DNA of 64,000 bases. Origin: Oopsacas minuta. Lineage: Eukaryota; Animalia; Porifera. A model generated the notes under the pieces. The model ran no database searches. It was given only the letters and a program-made list of their open reading frames with translations, and was not told where the DNA came from. The DNA lies in the NCBI GenBank assembly GCA_024704765.1, contig JAKMXF010000233.1, positions 372,001-436,000 of the forward strand, in the 5' to 3' direction. Of this stretch, positions 1 through 14,481 are shown in pieces (position 1 is the stretch's first letter; every line of letters begins with the position of its first letter). The position numbers and the translations under genes are program-made.

Positions 1-2494
1 TATATTTGAAATGGTTTGGGATGCCACTTAGACATTCCATTGCCACGTAAGTTAAAATTTCTACTTATCAAATTCCTTAGTTATTACTGAATCACTATAG
101 TTACCATCTGTATACTCAGGAATGTAGTCTACTACACCATTCAAAGCTTGGTATCCATGGTGATATTTATTTATTGCCCTAAGATTCTTCTATAAAAGAT
201 TCTATGCTTATTATTCAGAATTTTTGAATTGAATTTACATACACTTTATTTTGTAAATATATTGTGTATATACATATTTAGTGTTAGTTCCACATTGTGA
301 TGGTTTCGACTCTCTTACAAATGAATTCTGTTTTTTCTGATTCTATTCGAAACCCGTCTGAATTGCATGCTATTTTACATGAAACAAGATCTGACGAAAA
401 TGAAGAGGAATTGCATAGTGTAAGTTATTTTGTTTGTTTTCTACGGAAGTCTTTCATTTTGTATTTTCGATACCCTCGAAATTCTGAGAGTATTGGACAT
501 ATTAGCCCCCTTTACAAAATTTGCTGTAAATTTACTGAATATGAAGCACACTTCACTGTTTGTTTGTTGTTTCGTAACTGTGTAAGTATTTGATGCTTAA
601 TGCCCTCTGAATTTGAGAGTATTTCCATACAGTATTCACTGCTCAATCCCAAATTGGCATTTAGTTATTTTCACACTTTTACTATTACGTAAAATTGGGT
701 TTTCCATATCCAATTATGAGAATGTTGAGCCTATTTTCGGATCAGATTCTCTCTTACTGAATCCTTTCCAGGATAAGATGGTTTCTCTTATAACCAAGAT
801 TGAGTTTAAAATTTGTAATCTAGAATTTATAGATCAAATAAACCACAATTTGATTTAGTCTATTTTCCAAATTTACAGCCATTTTGTATATTTCCGTTGA
901 AGTCTAACAATTATAATAGGATTTCTGTTGCCATTGTCTAGTTTTCATTCACTGACTTTAGCGAAGCATGTTTGAAATTCTTTGCATTTTAGAATATGTT
1001 GTTTGCATTCAATGTAGGCTTTCTTTCCAAACAAAAGAATTCATTGAATTTGCTAAGAATATTTCAAGAATTTGAATTTGTTGCAAGCAACTTTTTGACT
1101 TTTCCATTTCTTGTCATATTGCGTGTTTTTCAGAATTTATAATCTGCAGATAATGTTCGGACATTTCTGGAATTTATTGACCTTATAAGTACTGCATTTC
1201 TAAAGAGGTTGTATACAAGAATCACTGCTGAGATAATCCCTAAAATGGCTTATACATAAATACCACTGTACCATCTGCGTAACTAGGATAGGTTAATCCT
1301 TATAGACATGTTCGCATGTTATCTATCCATCAACGCTGTATCCCCCAGAGTGGACTCCAGGAGCGAAATCTTGGAATATTTTGATTTGTAATTGATTCAT
1401 AATTTCTTACCAATTTACATACTATTCAATAACAAAAGTTTTAACATTCTATTTCTCTTTAGAAAGAACTTTTGAAACTACTCAAAGAATCACCTCTACC
1501 CTATGACTCTGATATCATCGGTATCACTCAAAGGGTAAGTTCACACTTTCTATTTCAAAATACAATTTCTAATGTTCTATTATTGGAATCTAAGTAACAT
1601 ATATGTCATCGGTGACATCGAACTCCGCTTATATTGAAGTAATTATCACTGACCCCTGAACTTCGATATAGCAGCAGTTAATTGTATGTATAAAATGATT
1701 GAAAATTAGTTAAAATAAGGCCACACTTTTGAAATAAGTATTCGTGATGGAATTCTATGATATTATTACTTTCTCGTTCCCAATCATGCGATGACTTTCC
1801 TAGCATTCACCGTAAATTCACATTGCTTTTTTACAATACTTTATTCAATACAGATGCCATAAATTGCACTAATCCAATTAGAGAGTGAAGAGACACTTTT
1901 CTGTTGTGCAATATGCCACATGACACCTCAAGTTTGACCTTTGAGTAATCCGATCTGTAAGAAATCTCTGAAATCATTTTTGAGCATATTCCTGATAACA
2001 AATTCGAATTTGTATTGTATTTACTGTCTAAGTCATTTCCAAAATGACTGCTGCTTTCATAGAATAATATATGACTTGACTTCGTTATTTATTGCTAATA
2101 TATGAATATTTACATTCCATGAATCAACATTTCCTAACCTCATCGCTAATTTGTTTATCAATTCGTGTTGATATAAATTCCAACCTTAATTCAAAGTATT
2201 TATTAATTGAGGGGAAAATATTCATATTTAATATTGTATTTTAGCCAAACCTGACAGCTCGACAGTTTATACACATACTTTACTATTCCCTTGAACCTTC
2301 ATTACGACTGATTTGTGTATTCAATTTTGGTAAAATCTGCTAACCATTTTCGACAGAGCATTTTAGCCCTTCCATATGGATGCATCCTTGTCTCATCTGG
2401 CTCTACCACCCCAATTCCTAGCATACCAATCCGCCAAGATAGTTACCCAATACAATCGTATCCATATTTAGTGATTACGATAACTAAACTGTAA
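1..2494 (+). CDS. Probable 3' part of a spliced gene, product unknown
   Basis: Open segments flanked by AG and GT: 101-159, 288-419 (FHIVMVSTLL...EEELHS), about 1462-1534 (KELLKLLKESPLPYDSDIIGITQR), 2245-2329 and 2367-2494 (ends in TAA). I could not join them into one phase-consistent model and recognise no domain. Confidence 0.3.
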
Positions 2495-3544
2495 TCCTAT
2501 ATTTTGAATTGTTGAGTTCTAGTTTACTACAAACACCAAGACATATTCGAAATCTTATTTGGGATCCGTAAGTCTTTTTGAAAGGGGCGGACTGAAAGTG
2601 TATACGTCTTATCCGGAGTTTCGCAATCATTCTTCTTGCTACAGTCAACTTCCGTTACATCGAACACAGATATATCGAAGTCAGAAATTGTACAAATATG
2701 GTCCCAAACCGTCCAAGTAACATGAGTTACATCGGTTATATCGAATTAATTATCTGTATTAACAAAGTCTACTGTAGACATCAGTTGGGTTTTCGATTTT
2801 ATTAGGAAAATACTTTACCAACTTTTGCTATATAAAACACTGTATTTTAGTCTCAATAGAGAGTTTAAGTTAATTATTTCGCTTCTATAGAAACATGAAG
2901 GTAACAAAATTCTGTATTATTGAGCTTCCACATATAGGTTATTGGATTAAGTTTGTTAAGGAGATCATTATATGACTTGATTAGGAATTTACTTTTGATT
3001 TGGTGAATTAATAAGCTGATTGAAGCCAAATGGCAGTGTTCCCTCTAAGGAATCCGGGGGGGGGCAATCCTTCGACAAGAACCTGAATAAATATGCCAAC
3101 TTGGTTATGATATAAAATTTGAAGACCGTGGCATCTCTTTAGCGCGCATTACATTACTGAATGTCTTCGGGCAACGATAATTACTACTTCACACTTCTTA
3201 GAAGACTATAGTCATTTCCTGATAATTGTACAACTTTGAATTATTGCTTACTTTATCAACTATTTTTACGCTTTGAAGTTTGTTCCCTGTAAGCCAGACA
3301 GACAAATAATTGTTCGGGAAGTAATTACGTCATATATTATAAAATGCGTCATATGAATATTGCATACTTTCCATAATCTCCCAGGTTTAAGCTTATCATT
3401 TCCACACCTTTTTTAGAGAACAAAATTACAGAATTTCCTTACTTCTTCCACTTGTGCGTTTTAGATATTAGTTGAATATTGCTGAATTGACCTTTGAGAT
3501 TCATCATATGCGTGATTACACATTTATATGAGATTACATGATGT

Positions 3545-6500
3545 ATGAATTACATAGCAGTATATGATATCATAGATTATTGCATTATACACAATAGTAT
3601 AACTGTAAGCTTCTCTAATTCTGAAGAATAGATATTACGGTCGCATTTGCTAATTGATTCCACACCTTTGAGAATTATACCAGTATACATTCATTTGCTT
3701 ATTTTACTTCCAATTACTCTGTGTTGTTCGCTGACATGAGAAGTACGTACAATGGAAACTCTTTACGAATTTTAACTGTCCGTTAGTGTTTGTATTAACG
3801 ATTAATCTCCATTTTCTATATTTACGAATTTCTTTACGCTAGGTTCCTGATGATTTAGAATTCGCACAGTCACGCAATTTATTAGAATTTACTAACATAC
3901 ATTCTGGGGACTCTAGCCCCGCATCACGGTCAGGACACTCTACTAGTCCCATAGTTTCATCTACACCTAACACCCCCGGGAACTCTACATGCTATTCTGA
4001 TTTGAATTCCAATGTACAGTTCGTGTATCCAGACAGTAATGGAGGATTGGTAAGTTATTTATTTGTTTGTTTGTGTATTTTATTATATTTATTATTATTA
4101 TTATTGCTATATTTATAGTCTCCACGGCCTATCGGGAAGAACAGTGTTAGCTGTAGTCCTCCTGGACATTTGTACAGTAGAGCTGAGTCTCACTTTCCAT
4201 ACGCTATTCCATCTAGTCCCTGCCCTGGTAAGTAACACTTGTTCATGTTGTTTAATATAGTATAAGACCTTTCAGCTCCACTGCCCGCATCAAGTTTACC
4301 TGTCACATGAATATTGTCATTATTTCACCATTCTATCAGTGAAATTCAACTACACAATATATTTACTAACTAACGGGTGAATAGTAGTGATTTTATCTTC
4401 ACAGACTTCCCCTTAACACGCTTAATTAACATATTTACAAGTAGAATCATTGGAATTGCATGATTTGGACACTTACCTGAGATAATAAGAATGAAATGCT
4501 GCCTGCCTGCCTGCTTAGATGGACACCATCTGGACCTAATCATGAAATAATACAATCAATATGAGTATAAATGTAACAGACAATTAGTCGCTTAGAGAAG
4601 GACACTAGATCGTATGCTTACATGATATAACACTAACTACTGCCTCTCTATTGATCTACTTCATTCGTATTAATTCATCCCCCTCCTGCTCTCTTTTCAA
4701 AGGATTAATTTAATCAAATCCAGACAATAACAATAGTTGCTTGCATAAATTTACCTTGAAGAGCAACAACAAAGTATTCAGGCTATAATGTCCCTCTGTC
4801 GATGAAGTATTGAATTTCTACAAAGTATGTTACATAGTAATACTAATTAGTAATTCTAATGGACATGTATTGTTATTTCTACTATGAGTAGATTATGAAA
4901 GTTTTGTGGACAAAACATACTTACCAGGCCCCTGATAATTATTTCCTGGAATTTTTTGAAAAATTCCTTGTATTTCCAAGTTTTACATCCACAAATAGCA
5001 AGCTCAGGCTATTATTTGGGGAAAAAGGCACACACGATTGCAAGTAAATTCTTGTAATATGTATCCCAGGATAATCCAGAGATATAAAATGTTTGTTTAA
5101 AACAAATAGTCGTAAAACGAACGGAATTCCGAGCCGCAGACACTCTCTTAAAGGACAGCGCCCCTGCTTCCATATGTGTCAGTTTTTCGGAGGTTGACAC
5201 TGTATGCGAAATATCACTGAATATTTTGTTAATCCCTTATCTACGCTAATTTCAGGGGAGATCTAGGGTGAGCTGAATCATCCCCTCTTCCAATTACCTC
5301 AGACTTATTGTGTGTGCTCGCAACGCTGAAGCTTAGCCCATTTGAACAATCCTGAATCTGCCATTTATTTAATCAAACTTACGAGTAAATCACTGAATTT
5401 GTCCACTGGAGCAATTCAATATTTTAATACTAGAAGGCGTCTGCTTAATTAGAAAATAGCTACGTGGAAGTAATTAATTATACGTTACATAGTTACACGA
5501 ATAGGAGTATGTTATTTTAATTAATTAATATTTTACTGTGTACTGGCCCCGAATTTCTGTAAGAAATACAATGAAAATATTTGTAATTATAAGTTACACA
5601 ACAGACCGTCTGTCGATGGCAATGAAAACAACTTAGTAAACGTCCTGTTGAATAATAAAATTTCTGGCTACCTTTTTGAGAAATTTGTAATTATTTTTGG
5701 AAATTAATCCTTTCGAAGTGATATCGTCTACAGCTATTTTCTACGTGTGTAATTTTCAATAGATTAATACGGAATATATTTGAGTTATGCAATTATTTGG
5801 AACTCTATACTATGCTCTTCTGTTGGTGTTTGTTCTAATAGAGAAATCAGAGTTGTTTTTGTTGTGGAATTATAGAGATTAGTTTAAATATATTATATTT
5901 CAGATTGTTATTTACGTGGGATAGAATGGTGTCTGCCCCTTGCGTAATCTTTTAGCTCATGACCTCAGTGGAGGTTTGGCTTTCAATAAAAGTACACACA
6001 ATATGGTTTCAATATCTTTGGGGGATGGTATGGTAATTACATTACATCTGTTAGCAAAATCCCTTATTCATCCCACTTGGAAGGTGGAGGAAAGTTTATA
6101 GTGATCGATATCAATTGACTTTTACAGTCAACAAATATTGAAATATGATCTTAACACTCGTACCAAGATTTATACCCATCCCATAGAGATAATACAAGAA
6201 TGTAGATTCATTGGCAGTTAACTCCTGTTATATCGAACACGGATATATCGAATACTCGCTCATATTGAATTGTGGAATTGTACAAATATGGTCCCAAACA
6301 GTCAGAGTACCACAAAGTTTATTAGTAATTTCGAAGTAATTTTGCTATCCCTTAGAGCTTAGATATAACGGGGGTGACTGCAATTATATTATTTGTCTCT
6401 ATTTAGAATATAAATCCAGACCCAGCACTACTTCTCTACCTCCTTACCCCTGTTTCACTACACCACGGTCTCATAACAACATCATTACAGTTACTCTTCC

Positions 6501-9500
6501 CTTCGGACAATACACAAAGGTTATCATTGACGAGTTTATTATAGTTTCTACGTAGGATAACTCTGTAATATCAAAGGAAATTTGTTTGACTAGCCAGAAA
6601 TGACAATTTAGTATCCTAAGCTGATACGGGTTTACGTCTTTCAGCAAAATGTGGGGTTATTATAATAGCTATGAGGTGACAATCGAGATAGGAAGTGTTT
6701 ACGAGCACTTTTTTTGTTCTTATGTTTTATTATCTGATAGATTTGATCTCGTACAATCGCTATCTGTGCTGACAGCAGACTATTTAAATTGAATTTACTA
6801 ACAGTGGCGCCAGTGTTTCCCATAGGATTTTGGAAAGCGCTCACTTTTGAGATTGCCACTCAGTGTTTTCCCCAACTCGCTTGGGGGAAACACTGAGTGG
6901 CACTATTAATTGGAGGCACTAACGAATGTTAGATTTAACTCCAATACTGCTGCTACCTCAAATTAATAGTGCCACTGTAAAAGAAAATATATTATGTTGT
7001 CGGCACAGATTGTAATTTTAGATTTTACTCTAAGAAAGTTCGAACATCGCACTTCCGCTCTATACTGATTATAGCATATTCTTGGATCTGTACCGACGGC
7101 GAACGTCATTCTTCACACATCATAATAGATGTTGCAATGCTTATGTGACCTTTAGCATTATACATTTGAAGCTTATAGTTGACTAAAATGCAAGTATACT
7201 TTCTTAACGTTTTAGAATATCATCACTATTAATTATTGAACATACATTTACCAGCTGTTGGCATAGCAACAACACTCCTGATCAAATATGCAAATTATGC
7301 AATATCACGATCAGCTGTGCTTATTCATCTGAACTGTGAATTGGTCTAGCTTAAGTTTCAAAACATTATATCATGTTACTGGAGTGACTATCATACAGCC
7401 AAACTATAATCTGATTGTTTATAATTATGTAAACTTGATTTTATTACGAATGCTGAAGGAATATTTACACCAGAGATTTGATTCTTAATAGGAGAATGTT
7501 CTGAATATACGAAACCCTGTCTGACTTTGCTTGTTCTAGTTATTCAAATTGAGTTACAGTCAACTCCTGTTGTATCGAACACAGATGTATCGAATGCCCG
7601 CTAATATCGAAGTCTTGAATTGTACAAATATGGTCCCAAACCGTCAAAGTAACATAAATTTTATCGGTCATATCGAAGTAATTATTGCGCTCCCTTGAGC
7701 TTCGATATAACTGGAGTTTGATGGTTTGTTACTCTTACTTTTGGGACCACTTTAGTACAATTTAGACTTCGCTATATACATGTTAGATATAATTGGAGTT
7801 TACTGTGTTGGTAAGATTGAACTTGATTTGGCTGTCATAAGAAGAATTACAACTCAACTTTGCAAGTCTTATAAAAGATATTAAATAGTTTAATTCATTA
7901 AAAACGTATCAAATCGCTGAGCAGACATTTTATCGATAATCTGACTCTCTAATCCATTCTTTCAATAATAGCTTTTCCGTATGTTAATCAGCTTGGCTAT
8001 TAGATTGCATTTTCTAATGCAATTAGACCTTATGGTTATGTTTCCCGGATTTTATTACATATCTCCCACCTGATACATTTCTATGTATTTATAAGGAATG
8101 TACTATATGTAACCATGGATACGGTCAAAGTATTTCAACAGGCCGTCCAGTATCTTAGATAGAATTTATATAAGGAATAGGTTGCCTTAATTACTCCTTT
8201 GAGCTCACAACAAGGGTTCACGATTTGGGGTCTATTGGACCCATTGTTGTTCCACGAATCCCAGGAGGGGTCCACAGAATGTGCCAATCTTTGTATAGGG
8301 GCCCATTGAATTGGATCTAGTCTCATATTTGGTTCTATATTAGGTTAAACATAGAAATAAGTTGAAAGAAACTATCTTAAAGAGATTAACTTTGAGAAAT
8401 ATATCAGTAGAAGATTGTAGATTTTACCAGATTTATCAAGTGCCTGCTTATCAACCGTTAGTTATTATTTATATATTTGTTTGTATTTACTTGTACATCT
8501 ATTGACTTTTGACACTTTTCACTTCACACCTGGTGGTACCTTTGGCACGTTCCCTGGTTGCTCGCCCCTAGCAACGGCTCTGGACCCAAATATGCATTGA
8601 AGTTTTGCTAATTTTAAGGATCGACTACATTAATACTTTACCCATTTTTCTAGGCAAAAAGTTGAAATTAGTTTGGATGCAATAGACCAGACATTTTCTG
8701 GAAATGAGGTAAGCTACTGAGCTATTTATATTCATATCCCAAAAGGTATTAGCAAAATTATTGCTGTTTACACCTAGGGCTTCCACTGCCTATCTTACAT
8801 ATGTTATTGCTGTGATTTAATATTAACCTCTCTTAGCTGGTGATTGAACATAAGAACTCCAAAATTATCTCAAACTCTCCACACAAATTTGTAAGTTAAA
8901 CATCAATGAAACTTTTTATTAGATTATTTTTCCTTGATTTTGCGGGCAAAACCAAAAATTATACTGTAATAACAGTGACCAACTGGGAACCATTATTCCA
9001 TTGTACAAATATTTCATAGTTTAATACTGTCATGCTCACTGCACATGAATAAAGAAAATTCTAAGCATTACAGATAGCGATAAAATACTATTTGAATTTT
9101 CCTTACCTCCAATAGACTAAGAAGAAACTGCATATGATGAAGCTATGTCTCGTGTGTAAGAAATCTCTTTTCAAAGATTTCTTTATGTAAGGATCGTGTA
9201 ATCATATTTATTCTTTGTCTAATTTAAGATTCTTATTCTCCTATTAGGTGTGAAAAATGTAAAGGAGGTTTCCATGAGAAATGTTTACAGATGGATTTTG
9301 TTTGCACTGCTGGAGCTATTAAGAATGAGTTAGTTTATATATTAATTACAGCGTGTCCCAACCTTTTTCATCTGTCGCTTCCCTATACCAATTTTAACAC
9401 CTCTGCTGTCGCATGAGGACCACCAAGACCCAAATCTCGATTTTCAAATTTTCCTTAGATATCATGCTAAAGGAAATAACACAAATATCCCCAAAAATCT

Positions 9501-12500
9501 GGAGTTGAAATGCTCGCAAAAGGTGTTTCTTGTGTGGTCGTTGTTGACACTTTCCTTCAGTATTTGTTTACAAATTATTGATTGTCTGGCAGAGCCACCC
9601 TGTAGAATTTCTCATAAATATGATATACAGCTGAATCCGAAAATTCATTATCCAACTGTCGCCATTCTGTCGGCGCTTCGGTTTACGTAAAACGAGTGTC
9701 TACTGCAGTTGTCTTCATCTAATACGCTAAATTCCTCATTCATTGTTCAATAATTATAATTCATGAATTCTATATGCTTAGACATCCTATTGAGAATACT
9801 ATCAGAAACGGAGTACATACTGCGGACAGAAAGTCTAGCTCAGCTCTTGGTTTCAGATCTAGAAGTAACAGTGAGGTGAGGAATAACATATTAAACTATA
9901 AGTTTGTCTATTAGTGGAGATAGCAATTGTTCAGTGATTTGTGTAATGAATATTTTGCATCAAAACAGTAGTTCCCGAATTGTTAATGAGAAATCTCAGC
10001 ATAGTATAACACTGATAATAATGTGACTTATACAATATTCAAATTTCGAAATCTCATATTTCAAGGTTATACGTGTATTATACGACTTGTGTTTTTATTG
10101 AATTATCGCTTTATAGCCTAAAGATCCTCTTGAAGTAATATCTCCTCCTCCAACTACTCCTAACTGTAAGTATATTGAATATTACAGTCAGCTTCCGTTG
10201 TATCGAAGTATCCACTATATGAAGTTATCATCGTGGTCCCTTGAGCTTCAATATAACTGGAGTTGACAATATACGAAGATTTGGACTGATTATAAGAGAT
10301 AATAATCTCTAGCAATATTTTGAATTTTGTTTAAATGGTGTGAAAATATGATTAACCACCAAATAGCTTTGAAAATTCACTTTTGAAAAATTCAGTTACG
10401 AAATATATCCATGCACCAACATTCGTCTTAATCGACACATCGCGTCGTCCATGCCATGAGGACATCTCAAATAGTGTCTATTAATACGTAATAGGATGCT
10501 TTGATTATGTATTAACGTATTTTAGTAGCTAATGGACATAAAGATGAACCTGTTATGACGAAGTACCTCGTACCTATTGGAGAGAAAATAGAATTTGCAC
10601 CCAAGTTTCCACACAAAGTACGTTGTCTCCTCGCTCCGCCCCCCGCCGGGTATCGTGTCCTTATTGTATGATAATTTTTGGGACACGTGTGTATTACGTA
10701 ATGATTATTACTATTAAACTAGGCGTGTCATTACACTAAATAATGTGATTATTTTGTAATTTTAATACACATAATAAGCATTACGTAGGTGTCCTTATCA
10801 TGTCTATATTGCAGATTTATATAGCGTTATACTTTGATTATTTTCAATGAATATTAACAATAGAAATCTGGGATTTTTTGCAAAATAACTCTAATGATTA
10901 TATTGCAGCGTAACTCTATTGTGTTATGCTATTGTAATGAGAAACTTGTTTCAGCTACACATGGTGTCCATATAAGCATGCGGACGGACGGTGTTTCATT
11001 ATTATTATTTATGACGTTATCATAATACAAAGTGTCCAATTCATGGAATTCCAATGATTCTACTTGTAAATATGTTAATTAAGCGTGTTAAAGGAAGTCT
11101 GTGAAGATAAAATCACTACTATTCACCCGTTAGTTAGTAAATATATTGTGTAGTTGAATTTCATATTACAGGTAAACTTGATGCGGGCGGTGGAGCTGAA
11201 ACAAGTTTCCAACTATCAGTGGGCTTATATTAATCTCTTATTGTTATTTTTAGGGTGTTAGCAATGCTAATTCATTTCCAAACAATCCTAATAATACTGG
11301 AAACAAACAAAGAATCAGTGAATCATCTTATAGTAATAAAAGGTAAGAATTATTATAGGAAATAAATCGCATTTTAGAACAGCGATTCTGAACCTATTTC
11401 AGTCGTGGATAACAATATTAACACCTGTGGTTCATCTCCCATAGACTGCAATATATATTTCTTCCAATATATATATATTTTTTGTACACCTTTCATAGCA
11501 ATCGACCTCAACACAAGATATCTCTACAACATCCCTTACACGACTATACCAGAAACATGTCCGCAGACTCTTCAGTAAAGAATAAACGTTCCCTCGGCGG
11601 ACTAGCTGACCATGAAAATCTCAGATCCAAATCTATATCAAACTTAGATACTGTAGTAGTTAGTACTAGTCCAGACCCTATCTTGCCGGAAATGAGGGTG
11701 GGATCGGCTCCAACGAGTCCAAAGTCAAACACACCTCCCCCCACCTCACGCCCTCTCATGGTGTCTATACCTACCTTACATAAGAGAGATCCTATATTCT
11801 CATCGGGAGAGCCTTCTCCTACTATTTTGTTAAGGTAAAGAAGTTAGAGTAACTCCCATTATATCAAACACAGGATATATCGAAGTCTGAAGTTGTACAA
11901 ATATGGTCCCAAACCGTCGAAGTAACTTTCACGGTCCCTTAAGCTAGGATATAACAGGAGTTAACAGTATTCTTGTATAAAGAGATACTTCCCTAACCCT
12001 CCCTCGCTCCATGGATAATCCCAGAAATTTGGACACTTTGCTGTACATCAAATAGATTCGTCTATGACTATAGTTAACTATATTTTCGTATTTATAGGAA
12101 TCACAAGCCTTCAAACGCTGCTCGCTCCTCCACATGGGTAGTTAGGCCTAACATGGTTAAATTCGGAGAACTAATTGGTCAGGGCTCATACGGTACAGTA
12201 TATAAGGGAGAATACCATGGGACTGTCGCTATTAAAATGTTGACATGCTCAGATCCAGGCCCGGAACAGCTGGACGCTTTTAATGAGGAAATAGAGATGT
12301 TACGACAGACACGTCATGATAATATACTCTTATTCATGGGATATATTCCATATCCGTTTGCTATATTAACCTCATGGTGTGATGGAAATACTCTATATTT
12401 TCATCTGCATATTAGTGAAGAAGAAATACCACAGGTAAATATCTTTAACTTTCCTTTATGCCATTTTGTAACCATGGTATGAGTCAATTAACTCGGATAA

Positions 12501-14481
12501 GACCGACACCCGGTTTGTTGAGATTACATTATACTCTCGAAGTATATATCTTATCCAATTATTCGAGATCTACTGTACTTCTCTCAAATAGGACAAAATG
12601 AACCAAATCGTGCTGCAAACAGCTCAGGGCATGTCATACCTCCACACATCAAGGAAAATAATCCATCGTGACCTGAAATCACAGAATATATTCCTACTCT
12701 CAGATTACACGGTTAAGATTGGAGATTTTGGGCTAGCAACAATGAAATCACGTTGGTCAGGTCCCAAACAGTTTATTGAACCACAAGGCTCTCTGCTATG
12801 GATGGCACCCGAGGTTATGAGAGCTGGTACGGATGGATATAAGGATCCTTATTCATTCCGCTCTGATGTATACTCGTTTGGTATTGTTCTCTATGAGATT
12901 ATTACAGGTGATCTCCCCCCATTCAAAGATCAAAATATGTAAGTTGATGTGTAGTGTATTAATAATGACTTGTTATTATTTGTGTGTAACTTTGGGGGTT
13001 ATGTCTTTTCTGAACCCAGGGGGGCTTGATATTGACCCCCTATACCAATTTAACAAATCTCAGTGTACCCCTCTCATAGAATACAATACAAAAGTGATAG
13101 CTAGCAAATACACACGGTATTGCTAGCTATCACTGAAAATATTTAAAACATGCATCTATAATTTTCTATGTTTTTCTAACTTTAAGTGCCCTTCTTAATG
13201 CTCGCGATCTACACATGTTTACACAACTCGTGTATCTTGTGAGTATAAGAGCTCATAGCTATTAACTAACCATCTAATAATGTATTATTATTGTAATTGT
13301 AACCACTTTTTATGAGCTAATTAATGGCTCGATGAGATATAACTTTAAAATTCATTTTACTGTCTGCTATAGAAACTTTAGAAGAAATATTAATAAGCTT
13401 TGCTGTGAGATTTGATAAATTCACATAATTTGAATTTATTATTTGAGACACAAATTTCGAAGCTATTGAGTCATAAAATTAATGAATTCTTTGATTATTT
13501 GTGAAAAATCAGACGTCAAACTTTATGATTTTCTTGGAAAAAAGCATGCTTGTCTGTTCAGTAAATTCTTACAGGTTTCATGAAGAGATTTTAATGTAAG
13601 TCCTGCTGGGAAAGCATAACAGTTGTATACTATGAATAAGGGAGATTTCGAATAGTCTACCTTCATAGAGTTAATAATATACACTGTGTACCCCGTTTCC
13701 CTCTTTGTGGAGGTTCATTTGTATGTGATTAGGAATTCGCTCTATTTATATTTCACTCCACTTCCAGAAGTTCCTCGTTTGCATAGGCCTAATTTGTGGA
13801 AGTTACACTGTATACACTTTGCACAGGGCAGTGTTGCATTGGTCGTATGTACCTGATGGCTAGGACCAGGGGGTAATCCATGAATTTCTGGGCAAGCACT
13901 TTTTCTTCCAGGGACTCTCATGGAGTGGAGGTTATTTGGACGTTAACATATTGATCCTGTAAAATTTGAGTCTCACAGCCAAACACTTGTGTCCTTCATG
14001 GCTGCCGAGCTGGCACTTTAAGATGTCCCCTATCACCTAGATATTTGCCTGAATCTATGACCCCCAAAATTATTTTATATAACCCGAATCCATAACTATT
14101 TAATCTCGCCTCTTTTTGCATAGTATTATTTCCTCTACACATTCTAGGCATATTCTATTGTTCCAGATCGGATTAGGTATACTCAGACCAGAAATAACAT
14201 TTGTACGTAAAAACACTCCCAACTACCTTGTAGACCTCTGTGGCAAATGTATTTCTTTCGACAAAGACGAACGTCCTCTATTCTCAGATTTTTGTGAAAA
14301 ATTGGAAACTGAATTATTCTGTGAAGACACTCAATCCGATATTGACAGGTTCATAATACGGAAAATATCTAGGCGTGTGTCTGAGACGAATATTGCAGAT
14401 TTACTAGACAGCTGGCCAATCATTCTTGATCGAGGATTGGCGCGTGAGATACAAACATTACCACACCAAACACCTACTTAA
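3545..14481 (+). CDS. RAF: RAF serine/threonine kinase (RBD, C1, CR2, kinase domain), about 17 exons
   Basis: Phase-consistent exons: 3843-4049, 4119-4227, 6407-6519, 8344-8456, 8654-8708, 8837-8890, 9116-9186, 9248-9328, 9782-9875, 10117-10165, 10526-10617, 11254-11342, 11499-11834, 12098-12434, 12592-12938, 14148-14481. The first exon 3545-3604 is only a candidate. Motifs: RBD ([13 protein letters not shown]...LRNISVEDC), C1 (H..CLVC..CEKC..H..C..C), [41 protein letters not shown]. Confidence 0.95.
10941..11209. mobile_element. Young 269-bp TIR element, family F
   Basis: 16-bp TIR GAAACTTGTTTCAGCT at both ends. Near-identical copies in the opposite orientation at about 4271-4530 and 24566-24810, all intronic. 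Confidence 0.75.

Noticed and set aside
600-1200. Possible decayed coding or transposase sequence on the minus strand
   Set aside because: There are many stops in the frames examined and no motif I can name with confidence.
7816-7865. Candidate RAF RBD exon [16 protein letters not shown]
   Set aside because: Exon 8344-8456 fits the RBD much better (LRNISVEDC), has good splice sites and supplies the required phases.
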